Below, in pieces: positions 1-11,816 of a stretch of 64,000 bases of DNA; the first letter of the stretch is position 1; each line of letters opens with the position of its first letter. Source of the DNA: Octopus sinensis. Its lineage: Eukaryota. Under the pieces are notes generated by a model that was not told where the DNA came from, ran no database searches, and worked only from the letters and a program-made list of their open reading frames with translations. Made by a program: the position numbers and the translations under genes. The stretch is taken from assembly GCF_006345805.1 (NCBI RefSeq), contig NC_042998.1, forward strand, positions 193,130,001 to 193,194,000, read 5' to 3'.

Positions 1-320
1 CGAACCGCTAAGTAACGGGGACATAAACACACCAGCATCGGTTGTCAAGCAATGCTAGGGGACAAACAGACACACAAACACACACACACGCATATATATA
101 TATATTTATATATATATATTTATATATATATATATATACATACATACATATATACGACGGGCTTCTTTCAGTTTCCGTCTACCAAATCCACTCACAAGGC
201 ATTGGTCGGCCCGGGGCTATAGCAGAAGACACTTGCCCAAGGTGCCACGCAGTGGGACTGAACCCGGAACCATGTGGTTGGTAGACAAGCTACATACCAC
301 ACAGCCACTCCTGCGCCTAT
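1..320 (-). mobile_element. tRNA-derived SINE, family A (internal (TA)n(TG)n tract); 3' end cut by window edge
   Basis: Reverse complement starts ATAGGCGCAGGAGTGGCTGTGTGGTA (A-box-like), then GGTTCCGGGTTCAGTCCC (B-box-like); matches 9 other copies in the window. Confidence 0.9.
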
Positions 321-781
321 GATATACGAATGATGTTTAAAAAAAAATATTAGATTTGACAACAAGCATGCGTTTCTCGCATGAATGATGTTAAGTCGGT
401 ACGGTAGTTGGAACCAAACCGATAATTTGTCTCGTCATTAACAATATTCCATCATCTATCTCTAGCGTTTACCTGATTTAGAGATATAATTTTATTTCAG
501 TGCAACTAGCACAGTAATATGGCTATTTGCAGTAATTATCTTTGTATGCAAAATAATTATGAATTGTAATATGAATTTTGAGAAACAGAATAGTATTTAT
601 CTTTTGATGTTTACCGAACAATATGCAACGGTTCGTTTTAATAGATGCAGTTAAAAAAAAAAATATGTTTCCAGCGAGCATTTATTTTATTCAATATGCA
701 GTTTGCTAGATTTTATAATTCCTTCAAAGGCGAACTGTTTGTGTTACCATGTCAAGTCATCTAGATACATTTGTTTGTAGT

Positions 782-1262
782 GGTAGCAGCAGCAGCAGCA
801 AAGAAGGAGGAGGAAGAGAAGAAGAAGAAGAAGAAGAAGAAGAAGAAGAGAGAAGAAGCAGAAGGAAGAAGAAGAAGAAGGAGAAGAAGAAGAGAAGAAG
901 CAGCAGAAAGAAGAAGAAGAAGCAGAAGGAAGAAGAGGAAGAAGGAGAAGAAGAAGGAGAAGGAGGAGGAGGAGGAGGAAGAAGAGGGAGGAGGAGGAGG
1001 AGGAGGAAGAAGAAGGAGAGGGAGGAGGAAGAGGAGAAAAAGAAGGAAGAAGAGGAAGAGGAGGAGGAAGGGGAGGAAGGGGAGGAGAAAAAAGAAAAAG
1101 GAGAGGAAGGAAGGAGGAGGAGGGGGAGGAGGGGAAAAAAGAAGAATAAGAAGAAAAAGAAGAGGAAGGAGGAGGAGGAGAAGAAGAAGAAGCAGAAGAA
1201 GAAGAACAAGAACAAAAACAAGAACAAGAACAAGAATAAGAAGAAAAAAAAGAAGAAGAATT
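782..1262. repeat. ~480-bp polypurine trinucleotide low-complexity tract (AGC/GAA/GGA/AAC)
   Basis: Near-pure A/G on + strand; source of the five overlapping low-complexity ORFs. Confidence 0.95.
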
Positions 1263-2469
1263 CCTTTTGGTCGTAAAATGCAAGTGAACACGTGAACATA
1301 TAAATTTCTCGCAGACTAACTCTGATATTTTTTCAGCACCACACTATATAGGAATACGAAAGAGATTTCACGCTCACTTACACACAAGCACTCAGTGTAT
1401 CTGTGAGGGTTCATATAAGAAATATATAAGTAATATATATATATATGTGTGAGTGTGTATGTACATACATACATACATACATACATATATCACAGACATA
1501 CAGACGCACATACGAACACACATTTTGTGAGAAGTCATGACAGTTGCTACTATCGTATATATCACTCTTGATATATTAGCACTTCTATCTTTCAAGAGTA
1601 TAAAATATATTTATCAGATACTGATACGTATATTATCGAAAATCTATCATACATTTTAATTAATTATCTCTTTAAGAAAATACTTTACGAGTTACAATGG
1701 TATATTTTCTCGCTTAGCACTTAATATCTTCTTCGGGAGAATTTACATCATGGTCGTATAATGAACACCAACAGGATAAACTAATTGGATCATGAGCTAA
1801 CGAGCGCCTACATGGTAGCTTGAGCTGCGCGACATAACAAGCAAATATCCTTCAAATCATACCTAACACTTTTTTAAACGTGTGTGTGTGTGTGTCCATT
1901 GTTACTTCTATTATGAGAAGTGCTCAATAGCAATGTAGAGTACAATAGTTTAATTAGGCCGGCCTAGCCTCTTACTCTGGAAATAAAAGTCACGAGAAAT
2001 AGGCCATGTATATTAATGTGTGTATATATATATATATACACATACATATGAATATATATATATATATATACATATGAATATATATACATATGAATATATA
2101 TACATATGAATATAATATTATATATTATATATATATATATATATTATATAAAACAATAAGTTAAATAGAGTGATTCAATTGCCAATCCAATAATTATTGT
2201 ATTATAGCATAATATACTCTGAATATAATATAATATGATATAAAATAACATTAAAAACTCATTACAGACCAAAAGAACGAACAGTATGTTTTGTTTCGAC
2301 TTATGTACATTTTTGATTTATAAACAATTCAATCCACTTATATAAGTTTCATCAAAGCTATGGTTTAAAGACAGACAGAATTCTGTGTGAAAGGACGGTG
2401 GACTGGATTGTAAAAAAATTATATATATATATTTTATATGTGGTTAACCCCGACTCAACCCGGGACCTA

Positions 2470-2484
2470 CATATATATATATAA

Positions 2485-2541
<57 letters not shown>

Positions 2542-2713
2542 TAAGTGTATATATATATATGTATATATATATGTGTGTGTGTGTGTATATATACATACAT
2601 ATGTGTACATATGTGGTGTGTATATGTATACACATATAAATATATATACGCACATACATATATATAATATATATTCACATACATGTGTATGCATACACAC
2701 ACACAAACACACG

Positions 2714-2783
<70 letters not shown>

Positions 2784-2812
2784 GCACATGTGTGTGTGTG
2801 TGTGTGTGTGTG
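2470..2812. repeat. Compound (TA)n/(TG)n/(CA)n microsatellite
   Basis: Direct inspection. Confidence 0.95.
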
Positions 2813-3770
2813 TAGAAGCTTATTCGGATGGGAAGGTAGTGTGCATGCCACTTGATAGGGTTTGCGAGAATAGCGAGAGGAAATGAGAACTGAATTTTCA
2901 AATCCGAGACATAGCCCGATCTTCTTGCAACCCAGTTGACTCTGGTAAATGCACGCATGGTGGAAGGTAGTGGTGTGAAACGGGCGATGGATTAAGCCTA
3001 TGGATGTGCATGTGTCAGCATATGTATGTGTGTGTGTTAGTTTGTGTGTATGTGTGTGTGTCAGTGAGTGCGTGTGTGTGTGTATCAGTATATGTATATG
3101 TGTATGTCAGTGTGCATCTGTGTGTGTCTCTGTGTGTGTCTGTGTGTGTGTGTGCGTGTGTGCGTATGACAATTGAGAATATTCCATAGAGACAAATGCT
3201 GTTATAGTACATTGTGTAAGAATTCAAGTTACTTCCAACGCATTGATGCGATCTAATCACACACGAATCATTAACGTAGCACTTGTACATTACAGCTACC
3301 CAATTAGAGTAATTGTATGAATTGTATAAATCTCTTTTACAGACACAGAATGCAAGCATATGTGTTGATACATTACACATTAACGGAAATGAAATGAAAA
3401 ACAAAAAAAAGTCTTCTTCAATTGTTGCCTACACTTTTTGATTGACAAATTTCAAATTCCTTCGTAAAAGTAGCTGCTGCTATTTTATTTCAAAGTCCAC
3501 TGACTTTTATATAATTAATTTATGTATCATTAATTCAAAATGTGCTTCGTTTCTGAAGAATTATTAATTTATTCCTCTAGTTGCTCAGTTGCAACGTTTT
3601 TCTTTATGTTAATTTAATTTTGCTTCTAAGAAGCGCTGACAATAAAATAATAATTCTTGACTATTATACAGCAAATATTGTCATTTGATGGGAAACATAA
3701 CGAAAACAAAAGAAAACTATTCGCAATGATGCGAATATGAATGCAAAGGAAAAATAAAAAAAATGAAAAG

Positions 3771-3806
<36 letters not shown>

Positions 3807-3919
3807 AGAGAAAATGCAATTCTGTACAATAATGTTCGAGTGAAGTTTGATATTGAAAGTCTTCTTTTGTTTTTATCAATTGTAACAGTTAGATTCTATT
3901 CGTCGTAAAGGACGTGTGT

Positions 3920-3957
<38 letters not shown>

Positions 3958-4261
3958 GTGAGTGTATTAACCTAGAAATGCTTTATTAAGGATGTAAAAA
4001 ATATTTACAAAACTCTCATTGTGTCCCACGCGTTGTATTAAAATAACGTAATTGATTTGAAATAAGACAGCAACTTCAATTATTCTTTTTTATAAAGCAA
4101 TATTTCTATTCCCATGAGATTTTACTAATTCACACACACACAAACACAAACACGTACACATACACACACACGCACTCACACACACAGAGAAACAAACAAA
4201 CAGTTATCCTCATTTTACGTACGTTTTCCATTATAGCACGAGTTAGAAGCCCGAAGGCTGA

Positions 4262-4328
4262 GTTCACATTTGGAGCCATACTATACGGGCCATATGTTCA
4301 CATCTGGAGCCATACTATACGGGCCATA
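4262..4328 (+). repeat. 34-bp tandem duplication GTTCACAT(T/C)TGGAGCCATACTATACGGGCCATA
   Basis: Copies start at 4262 and 4296, one mismatch. Confidence 0.9.
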
Positions 4329-4499
4329 ACGGTGTCACCGTTCCTTCGCCAACTACTTTACAGAATGTAATACAAGCATATAGTCATGATGCCATACGGA
4401 AGAGGTCTTGTCAAGGGCAAAACTAAAGATCCCTAGCTAAAGAGCCCTAGACTTTTGTGTTGTCTCTGATCAATAAATAGAAGTAAAAGAAGGTAGTCA

Positions 4500-4960
4500 G
4501 GATTTAGATAAATACTATTTATTTAACGCTTTCGTCCCCTTCAGGGACGAACTTTTTTCGAACAACGAAAAAAAAAAACTAACAGGGAAGCGAGACCTGC
4601 AACATAAAGAATATTCCCCTTCAACAGTCGCGTTCAAAAATGATCTGTATTTTGTAATAAAGAAAGTCTCTTTACTAATTCGTTGGCTCTAGGTTGTATC
4701 GTCCCTGAATTGGTAGAGGGGGAAAATTCTGAGGCTTGGATTTTTGTTATTGGCACAAATGTCTATGTGTTGGCTGAATTCTATTTTTCTGTTTTGGGGA
4801 ATTTTGATCTGGGATCTGTCCAGAGCCATTCTTTTACGTAGACTGTTTTTTGTTTGGCCTATGTATTGCTCTTGACACCCAGAGCAAGTTAGTACGTATA
4901 TCAGGTTCTCTGAAGCACATGTGAAGTTACTTTTCACTGTGATACACTGTCCCTGTTTGA
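4500..4960 (-). mobile_element. Penelope-like element 3' part: GIY-YIG endonuclease pseudogene plus downstream LTR-like sequence
   Basis: NLIYVLTCSGCQEQYIGQT is a PLE-type GIY-YIG motif; past the stop the frame continues as QRISKETFFITKYRSFLN (typical C-terminus). Confidence 0.85.
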
Positions 4961-5067
4961 AGGAGAACTTCAAGGAAAACTACCTAGATGACTGTTTCAT
5001 TCTTTGGCATGAAAATATAGAGAAACTTAAAGAATTCCAAGCACTTTTAAACGGACTATTAAAATAA
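4957..5067 (+). pseudogene. Penelope RT catalytic fragment (YLDDCFILW), inverted relative to the GIY-YIG
   Basis: Frame from 4981 reads YLDDCFILWHENIEKLKEFQALLNGLLK*; not in the ORF track. Confidence 0.75.
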
Positions 5068-5403
5068 GCAGAGAGAGAGGATAAAGAAAGAAATCTTTAG
5101 TAGCTGCGGTCAATCAAGGCGATGGCCGGACAAAGGTGGTCAGACAGTAGAGCTAAGAAGAAGTGCAGATAATAAAGTAGTGGTGACTCCAAAACGAATG
5201 TGCGTGTGTAGGTGAGAGCGTGTGTGCATGTGGTTAGAGGCTGGTGACCTTGACGTGTGGGTGTGTGCATGTTTTGGTGTGTGGTTGCTGGGAAGTGGTC
5301 AGTGCTAGTTTGCGCAGGGTGGTGTGGTGGTGTGGGTGCTGAGAAAGCGGTCAATGCTAGTGTGTGCAGGGTGGTGCGATGTGGTGTGGTGGTGTGGTGA
5401 TGT

Positions 5404-6870
5404 GTGTTAGTTAGTTAGTTAGTTAATTTGGCTCAAAAGCAAATAGCAAGGCCATGTAGGGGGACATGGAGTTAAGTACAGGGTGGTGTTCATGTAAAGA
5501 GTTCAGGCCACTTGAGGTCCAGGGAGGCTTTGAACAAAGCGGTCGTCGGCATCTTCACCATCTCGTCTGGCAGCTTGTTCCACGGATCCGAAACCCGGAC
5601 GGAGAAAGCTCCTCTCCTTCGATTGAGATGAAATCGTCGCAGGTAGAGCTTTTCGGAATGACCCCGCAGCCGACGCTCTGGTGAAGGAGTGAAGAACAGC
5701 TCTTTCGAGAGGTTACACTTTCCGCTTATAATGTTGTGGGCGAGAATGAGATCCCACGGCGGCGGCGTTTTTCAAGAGAATAAAGGTCGAGCGTCCTCAG
5801 CCTTTCTTCGTAGGACAAATTTTTGAGACCATGAACCATGCGGGTAGCCAGCTTCTGGACTCTTTCGAGATGCTGTATGTCTTTGAGGAGATAAGGAGAA
5901 GAGGCTTGAATCCCATACTCCAATATGGGTCTCACCAGCGTGACATAGAGTGGTAGGAATATGGCTGCTGTGAGCATCCGAATGACCGTCGAATCAAGAA
6001 CAGAATTCCGCGTGCTTTGTTGGCAGCATGGAAGCACTGGGCCGAAGGCGAAAAGGAGGAATCCACCAAGATACCCAGGTCCTTTACCTGATCGGTCCTC
6101 TCCAGCAGCAGACGACCCGGCTCGAAATCAAGTTGAGTTGCAGGAGTAGAGCCGACAGGCAGATGACAGCACTTCGACACGTTCAGACACAGGTCCCAAT
6201 CGTTAGACCACTTCCAAATTTGGTGGAGGCATCGACGAAGATCCTCTATATTACCGCGAGGAGCGACCAGTTTGATATCGTCGGCAAATAGAAGGGTGTG
6301 TTGCGTGAGGTCGTCGGGCAAGTCATTTATGAAGACTAAGAACAACAAGGGCCCAAGCACTGAACCTTGAGGCACGCCACTGCTCGCACTGGAGACGTCG
6401 GACCGCGAACCATTAACTTGGACTTGGAAGGAGCGATCTGAGAGGAAGGCACCAACCCATCGTATAATATCCGGATGGAAACTATATGCTTGAAGCTTGA
6501 CAAGTAATAGGCGGTGGTTTACCGAGTCAAAAGCTTTGGCAAAGTCCAATAAAACGATGTCAACAGCATCACTATCACCGAGGATGCGCGTCACCAATTC
6601 TTCCATTACTAGTAAGTTGGTCAAGCATGATCTCTTCGGCACGAAGCCGTGTGGGAATCAGAGATAGAGGCTGTGTTTAGGAGGTGGAGCATCATACTTT
6701 TTTTAAGGATGGTTTCGAACATCTTGCTGATTATTGATGTAAGGGAAACCGGTCGGTAGTTAAGCGGGTCTTCGCGGCTCCCTTTCTTGAAAATTGGGAA
6801 GATTATCGCTGTTCTCCAGTCTGCAGGTATAACACCCGTCGCCAATGACATATTGAATAGTCGTGTTAAG
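5404..6870 (-). mobile_element. 5'-truncated CR1/L2-group LINE with RT domain (frameshifted), (TAAC)n tail
   Basis: LDFAKAFDSV, GVPQGSVLGPLLF, LFADD, DLGI, LVRPILEY and RLRTLDLYSLEKRRRRG across ORFs 6621-6938, 5932-6642 and 5726-6037. Confidence 0.95.
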
Positions 6871-7257
6871 GGCTGTATGTTGTGTTGTGGTGTTGTGGTG
6901 TGTGGTGTGATGTGGTAGTGTGTGGTGCGTTGTGGCAAGATGTGGTGTAGTGGTGCGTGGGGTCGTGTGGTGTTGGGGTCGTGTGGTGTTGGGGTGTGGG
7001 GGTGCGTGAGTGGGGGATGCTAGTTTGTAGGTGAGGGTGGTAGGGTCTTTTTAGTATTTGGGGTATGTGGGAGTGGGGCTGGGTATGTGGGAGTGGAATG
7101 TGTGAGGGTGGGGGTAGATTACAGAAGCGATAACAGAAAAAAGCTTCATTGAATAATACTACAATCTTGTTATTAACACTTTACCAGAGGACCGTTGCCG
7201 AAATATTATTTATAACATATGAAATAATATGCCCTATCAGTTTTATTTCAGCAGTAT

Positions 7258-7652
7258 GGCGCGTGGCTCAGTGAAGGCGCGTGGCTCAGTGAAGGCGCGT
7301 GGCTCAGTGAAGGCGCGTGGCTCAGTGGTTAGAGCGTCGAGCTTACGATCGTGAGGTTGTGAGCTCGAATCCCGGACCGGGCTGCGTGTTGTGTTCTTGA
7401 GCAAGACACTTTATTTCACGTTGCTCCAGTTCACTCAGCTGTAGAAATGAGTTGCGACGTCACAGGTGCCAAGCTGTATCGGCCCTTGCCTTTCCCTTGG
7501 ACAACATCGGTGACGTAAAGAGGGGAGGCCGGTATGCATGGGCGACTGCTGGTCTTCCATAAAACAACCTTGCCCAGACTTGTGCCTCAGAGGGTAACTC
7601 TCTAGGTGCAAACCCATGGTCAGTGTCTGACCGAAGGGGGTCTTTTTTTTTT
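7258..7652 (+). mobile_element. tRNA-head CORE-like SINE with 5' 18-mer triplicated
   Basis: A-box TGGCTCAGTGGTTAG; B-box-like GCTCGAATCCC; CORE-like TTGAGCAAGACACTTTATTTCACGTTGCTCCAGTTCACTCAGCTGTAGAAATGAG. Confidence 0.85.
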
Positions 7653-8710
7653 AAGGTGAGGATCGACTCTTCACGTCTATATACAAACAGTTCATACATA
7701 CATACACATATATAAATATTCACACGTACATATAGAATAGGTGAAGCGACCGGCAAAATACTTTATGCTTTTTGATAATGTTCTCTGTCTTGAGATTTCT
7801 TGCACTTTATTTATCCAAAGTTGATAAATATATATTTGTTAAATATTGTATGGGGGGTCATACAAAGGACAGTAAAAGTGTGGTCTCAGCATGGCAACCG
7901 TCTAATGACTAAGATTAGAGTGATAGGGAAACAGAGAAAAAATATGTGATTTTAAAAAATTTTGGTGCGAGAGTGGGAGGTAGGTTCGATTCAAACCCGG
8001 ATGAAGGACAGAGTATGGTAATATCGATGGGGTTTAAATTCAGAATGTAAAGTTATACGTACAACTGAACAAAGAATATTTTGGCCGATGTTGTCGTGTC
8101 AGCCATTTTTAGCTCTACCACAGAGAGAGAGAGATTCAGAGAGAGACAGAGAGAGACAGAGAGAGAGTGAGAGAGAGGGGGGAGAGAGAGACTATATAAG
8201 CAGAGTAACACCATCCTTCCACATATGTATAAGTATGTGTGTGAGTGTGCAATGAATAATATCGATCTCCAAAGTTGGCAAATGGTCACAATTTCTATAG
8301 GACAAGTATAGTCTTTTTCCGGAAATAGACAGGCTGGAGGATAAAGTCTGAGTGTCCTTCCAAAATCGTGATCAAGGACGGGTCGGAGAAAATGATTACG
8401 CAGACGTTGATATTCTGTCAGGACCGTTATCCCATTCTGGATAATGGTTGAGCACTGGGAGCAATATAATCGACTAACCCACCTTCTCCGAAATTGTTGG
8501 GAGGTGGGGGAGCCGATATTGAAACCGATATTAATCATGTCGCCAGATAATTGGCGCGTCTGTTATCATGATGACGGTGACGACGACACTAATGCCAATT
8601 ATGATAATGACGCCATTTCGTTGCTTTATGTAAGCCTTATTTACCACCTTAAATTATTCTTGATGTATTTTGGCGTAGGGTGAATAACAACGATGAGATG
8701 TAAAATGAAT

Positions 8711-9146
8711 GGACCTTTTCGGTTTGAACGGCAGTTTTTTAAAATAATTTCCATGTAACTAAACACTTTTAAACTTCGTATACTGGTAGAATGTGTTTAT
8801 AAAACATCTTTTTCTTTTGGCTTTATTGAGAAAATATTATAGTTTGTAAGATATTTTTTGTTTTTTTTTTCTTCAATTTCTGCAATTTCAATCAATCAAT
8901 GACGTCTATTGAGGTGAAAACATTCTGTGCCGTATGAATATGTCCCTCGTTTAAGAAACAGATTGGGTTTATTTACATTTCTGAAGAGAAAAAAGATACC
9001 CTTCCCCCCACACTAACCCTAACCCTAACTAACCCTAACCCTAAAATAGATTGAAATGCAATAGATCGATACTAGGGTCATAATCATGGGTGACAATTTC
9101 ATATGACACGGCTAGAAAAAAACTGCCGTTCAAACCGAAAAGATCC
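8711..9146. mobile_element. MITE, Merlin-like (GG..CC ends, ~30-bp TIR, 8-bp TSD), copy 1
   Basis: TIR GGA(C/T)CTTTTCGGTTTGAACGGCAGTTTTTT; flanks AAATGAAT/AAAAGAAT; internal CCCTAA repeats; second copy at 26223. Confidence 0.85.
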
Positions 9147-10782
9147 AAAAGAATAATTGTGCTTTACGAACAAGGTCCCTTGCAATATTTTTTCTGCAAT
9201 TAATTACATTAACACCCTTGTCGCTCTCACCATCATAAATGCAGTGAAGCAGTTGATAGCCCATTTGGAAAACTGCACTAACGACAGTATTGTCCATTAT
9301 TTACGATATAATGTGAAAGCAAATAAATCCGCTTGTACCTACGTAGAGCAAGGTGGCCTTGACCTTTGAGAATTTTGTGTATTTAATATGTGTACAGCGC
9401 AGAAATGATGATGGGATATGGAAAAGCCCACCTCTGGAGTGGTTGTCTAGTACTTTATTGACTCAACCAACCGTGTTCGTATTTTGTTATGATAAAACGA
9501 ATAACGAAACATGGTGCAATATTATATTTCTATAAAGAAAGGAGTCTCAAATAAAGCTGGTTAGAATTCCCCGATAGATGCGACAGCGTGTAAACAATGA
9601 TAGTTGTTAAACAGCTCGCACAGCTAAACCCATATTAGATGTGCATAAATGTATCCAGTGCTATTACGGTTGGATGAAACTCCAACTGGAGCATGTGAAT
9701 TGTGAAGCATGTTCCATAAATTGTTTAAAAAGATAGATTCTTAAGTTGCTTTATTTTGCATTTTTATCAGTTTTCACCTTTATGGGTTTTTTTAAAAAAT
9801 CTTTTTACCTGCTAGAGTTTTTATTTTTATTTTCTGCTATATAAAGTTTCAATCGAAAGCGCTTTGTAAATATTCGAAACTAAAGTGAAAGAAAAGGTAA
9901 AGGAAAACGAAGAGAAAAATGGAAAAAAAAAGAGGTTTTAAAACACCATCAAAAATATCCCAGCTCGAAATATCTAATGGAAAAACAGTTTAAAAGCGCT
10001 TGGGAAAATATCGATATGCGTGATTATAGCTAAACAGAAGATTTTGAAATAATATTTTTAGGAACAATATCAGCTGCTGTAAGGAACTTATAGAGAAACA
10101 AAAATCCCACCAATAAGAGCAAAATAAGTACAGAAATATAAACTTAACGCTATTTGGTAAATGTAAACATAAGTGGAAGTAATCAATAAGTGAATTTATT
10201 TATCGGCAGCTGAGCAAAACATTAAGGATTCTCTCTGTTTAACCGAGAAAATAGCTGTAATCCATTATATGACTGCTCGAATTTCCATGTCAAGGACAGA
10301 AGATATTTGGTTGGTATTTGCTAATGTGTTCACTCACAATAAACATGTAATATACTTTATAAAGTCACAGAGGAATGGGCAAACACCATCGCGGTAGAAA
10401 CTGTATCAATTGATGCAATGAGATTTGTTACAGCAAAGAATACAGGAAGAAAACGTTTTCTACAGTGGGAATTTACAAGAGAATATTTGCATTTCAATGT
10501 ATATAGCGAGCTTGTATTGTCTTGCGAAAGCGTGAAATAAAAATACAAAGTAAGTTGAGATTAGAAATGAAGCCCTAAAAATATAGAAATGAAGATTATA
10601 CATTTTTGTTCACGTATTTCCATTTTTGCTTTTCTTGCCTTTATTCTTTCTTTCATCAACGAAGAGTTATATTCTCAGTTGTCTTTCGCTGTTGCAGTTT
10701 TTGACCATAAGAAAACGTCGACTCACCCAACCACTATGATACCAGACACACGCGCACACACATGATAAACTAAGCAATTTGT

Positions 10783-11303
10783 TTCTTTACTACCCACAAG
10801 GGGCTAAACACAGAGGGGACAAACAAGGACAGACAAACGGATTAAGTTGATTACATTGACACCAGTGCGTAACTGGTACTTAATTTATCGACCCCGAAAG
10901 GTTGAAAGGCAAAGTCGACGTCGGCGGAATTTGAACTCAGAACGTAGCGGCAGACGAAATACCTATTTCTTTACTACCCACAAGGAGCTAAACACACAGA
11001 GGACAAACAAGGTAAAGTCGACCTCGGCGGAATTTGAACTCAGAGCGTAACAGCAGACGAAATACCGCTAAAGCATTTCGCCCGGCATGCTAACAGTTCT
11101 TATTTCTTTGACAAACAAGGACAGACAATCGGATTAAGTCGATTACATCGACACCAGTGCGTAACTGGTACTTAATTTATCGACCCTGAAAGGATGAAAG
11201 GCAAAGTCGACCTCGGCGGAATTTGAACTCAGAACGTAACGGCAGACGAAATACCGCTATGTATTTCGCCCGGCGTGCTAACGGTTCTGCCAGCTCGCCG
11301 CCT
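10783..11303 (-). mobile_element. SINE family C, three-unit concatemer
   Basis: Repeated GAGTTCAAATTCCGCCGAGGTCGACTTTGCCTTTCATCC units; junctions at ~10963 and ~11100. Confidence 0.9.
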
Positions 11304-11816
11304 TTGATAAACTAATCAATCATAGTTGACCTGAGGCGAAACAACAATAAACTGAGGCAATGACAGAGCTTGTACATGACAGTCTGAGTTGTTAGAAATA
11401 GTAACCAAACTTCTTTCAACATTTTAATAACGACTTAATAAAATGACTATTAGATGAGAAGGTCACGCCTGGAATGCCATTTGAGCATAGGTCTTTTTGA
11501 TTAGAGCTGACCTGAAGTTAAACATGCTATGTGGATCCCATCTTCAAACAAATCTTGTTTACAGTTAGAGGAATTGTACATTTCCAGAATTAAGGATATT
11601 TGTCAAGTATTTGGCAGCGTGTGTTTGAAAACAATTGGCCATTCTATAACTCATTTATAATTAATTAATTTCTTTTGATTGGAATACGGACATACTGGGA
11701 CTCCGTCATGGTGGGCGTTTAGTTGGACATATCAACTCCAGGATTTACTTCAACCTGTTAGATATTTTATCAATTTATTTATCGATTGGTTATGTTACCT
11801 TTTGACATAAGAGAGT

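Noticed and set aside
744-1299. Five overlapping 174-180 aa ORFs
   Set aside because: Translations of a stop-free trinucleotide tract in several frames on both strands; not evidence of coding.
2358-2958. YI/CV/HT-rich ORFs here and at 17484-17998, 30675-31043, 51795-52311 and 63201-63746
   Set aside because: Dinucleotide and tetranucleotide microsatellite translations.
7258-7329. 18-bp exact repeats as a CRISPR-like array
   Set aside because: No spacers; the unit is the SINE 5' end in a eukaryotic context.
7312-7385. SINE heads as genuine tRNA genes
   Set aside because: They lack complete acceptor stems and continue into SINE bodies with tails and TSDs.
8260-8540. GC-richer segment with a FPEIDRLEDKV frame, possibly an LTR-element end
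   Set aside because: Stops in all frames; no LTR, PPT or recognisable domain.
9012-9043. CCCTAA repeats as a telomere or fusion scar
   Set aside because: Short, imperfect and internal to a MITE present twice.
9157-9535. Two adjacent short non-repetitive ORFs
   Set aside because: No recognisable motif or splice context; length within chance range.
10363-10542. Protein-like frame KVTEEWANTIAVETVSIDAMRF..
   Set aside because: About 60 codons, no convincing donor before the stop, no homology recognised.
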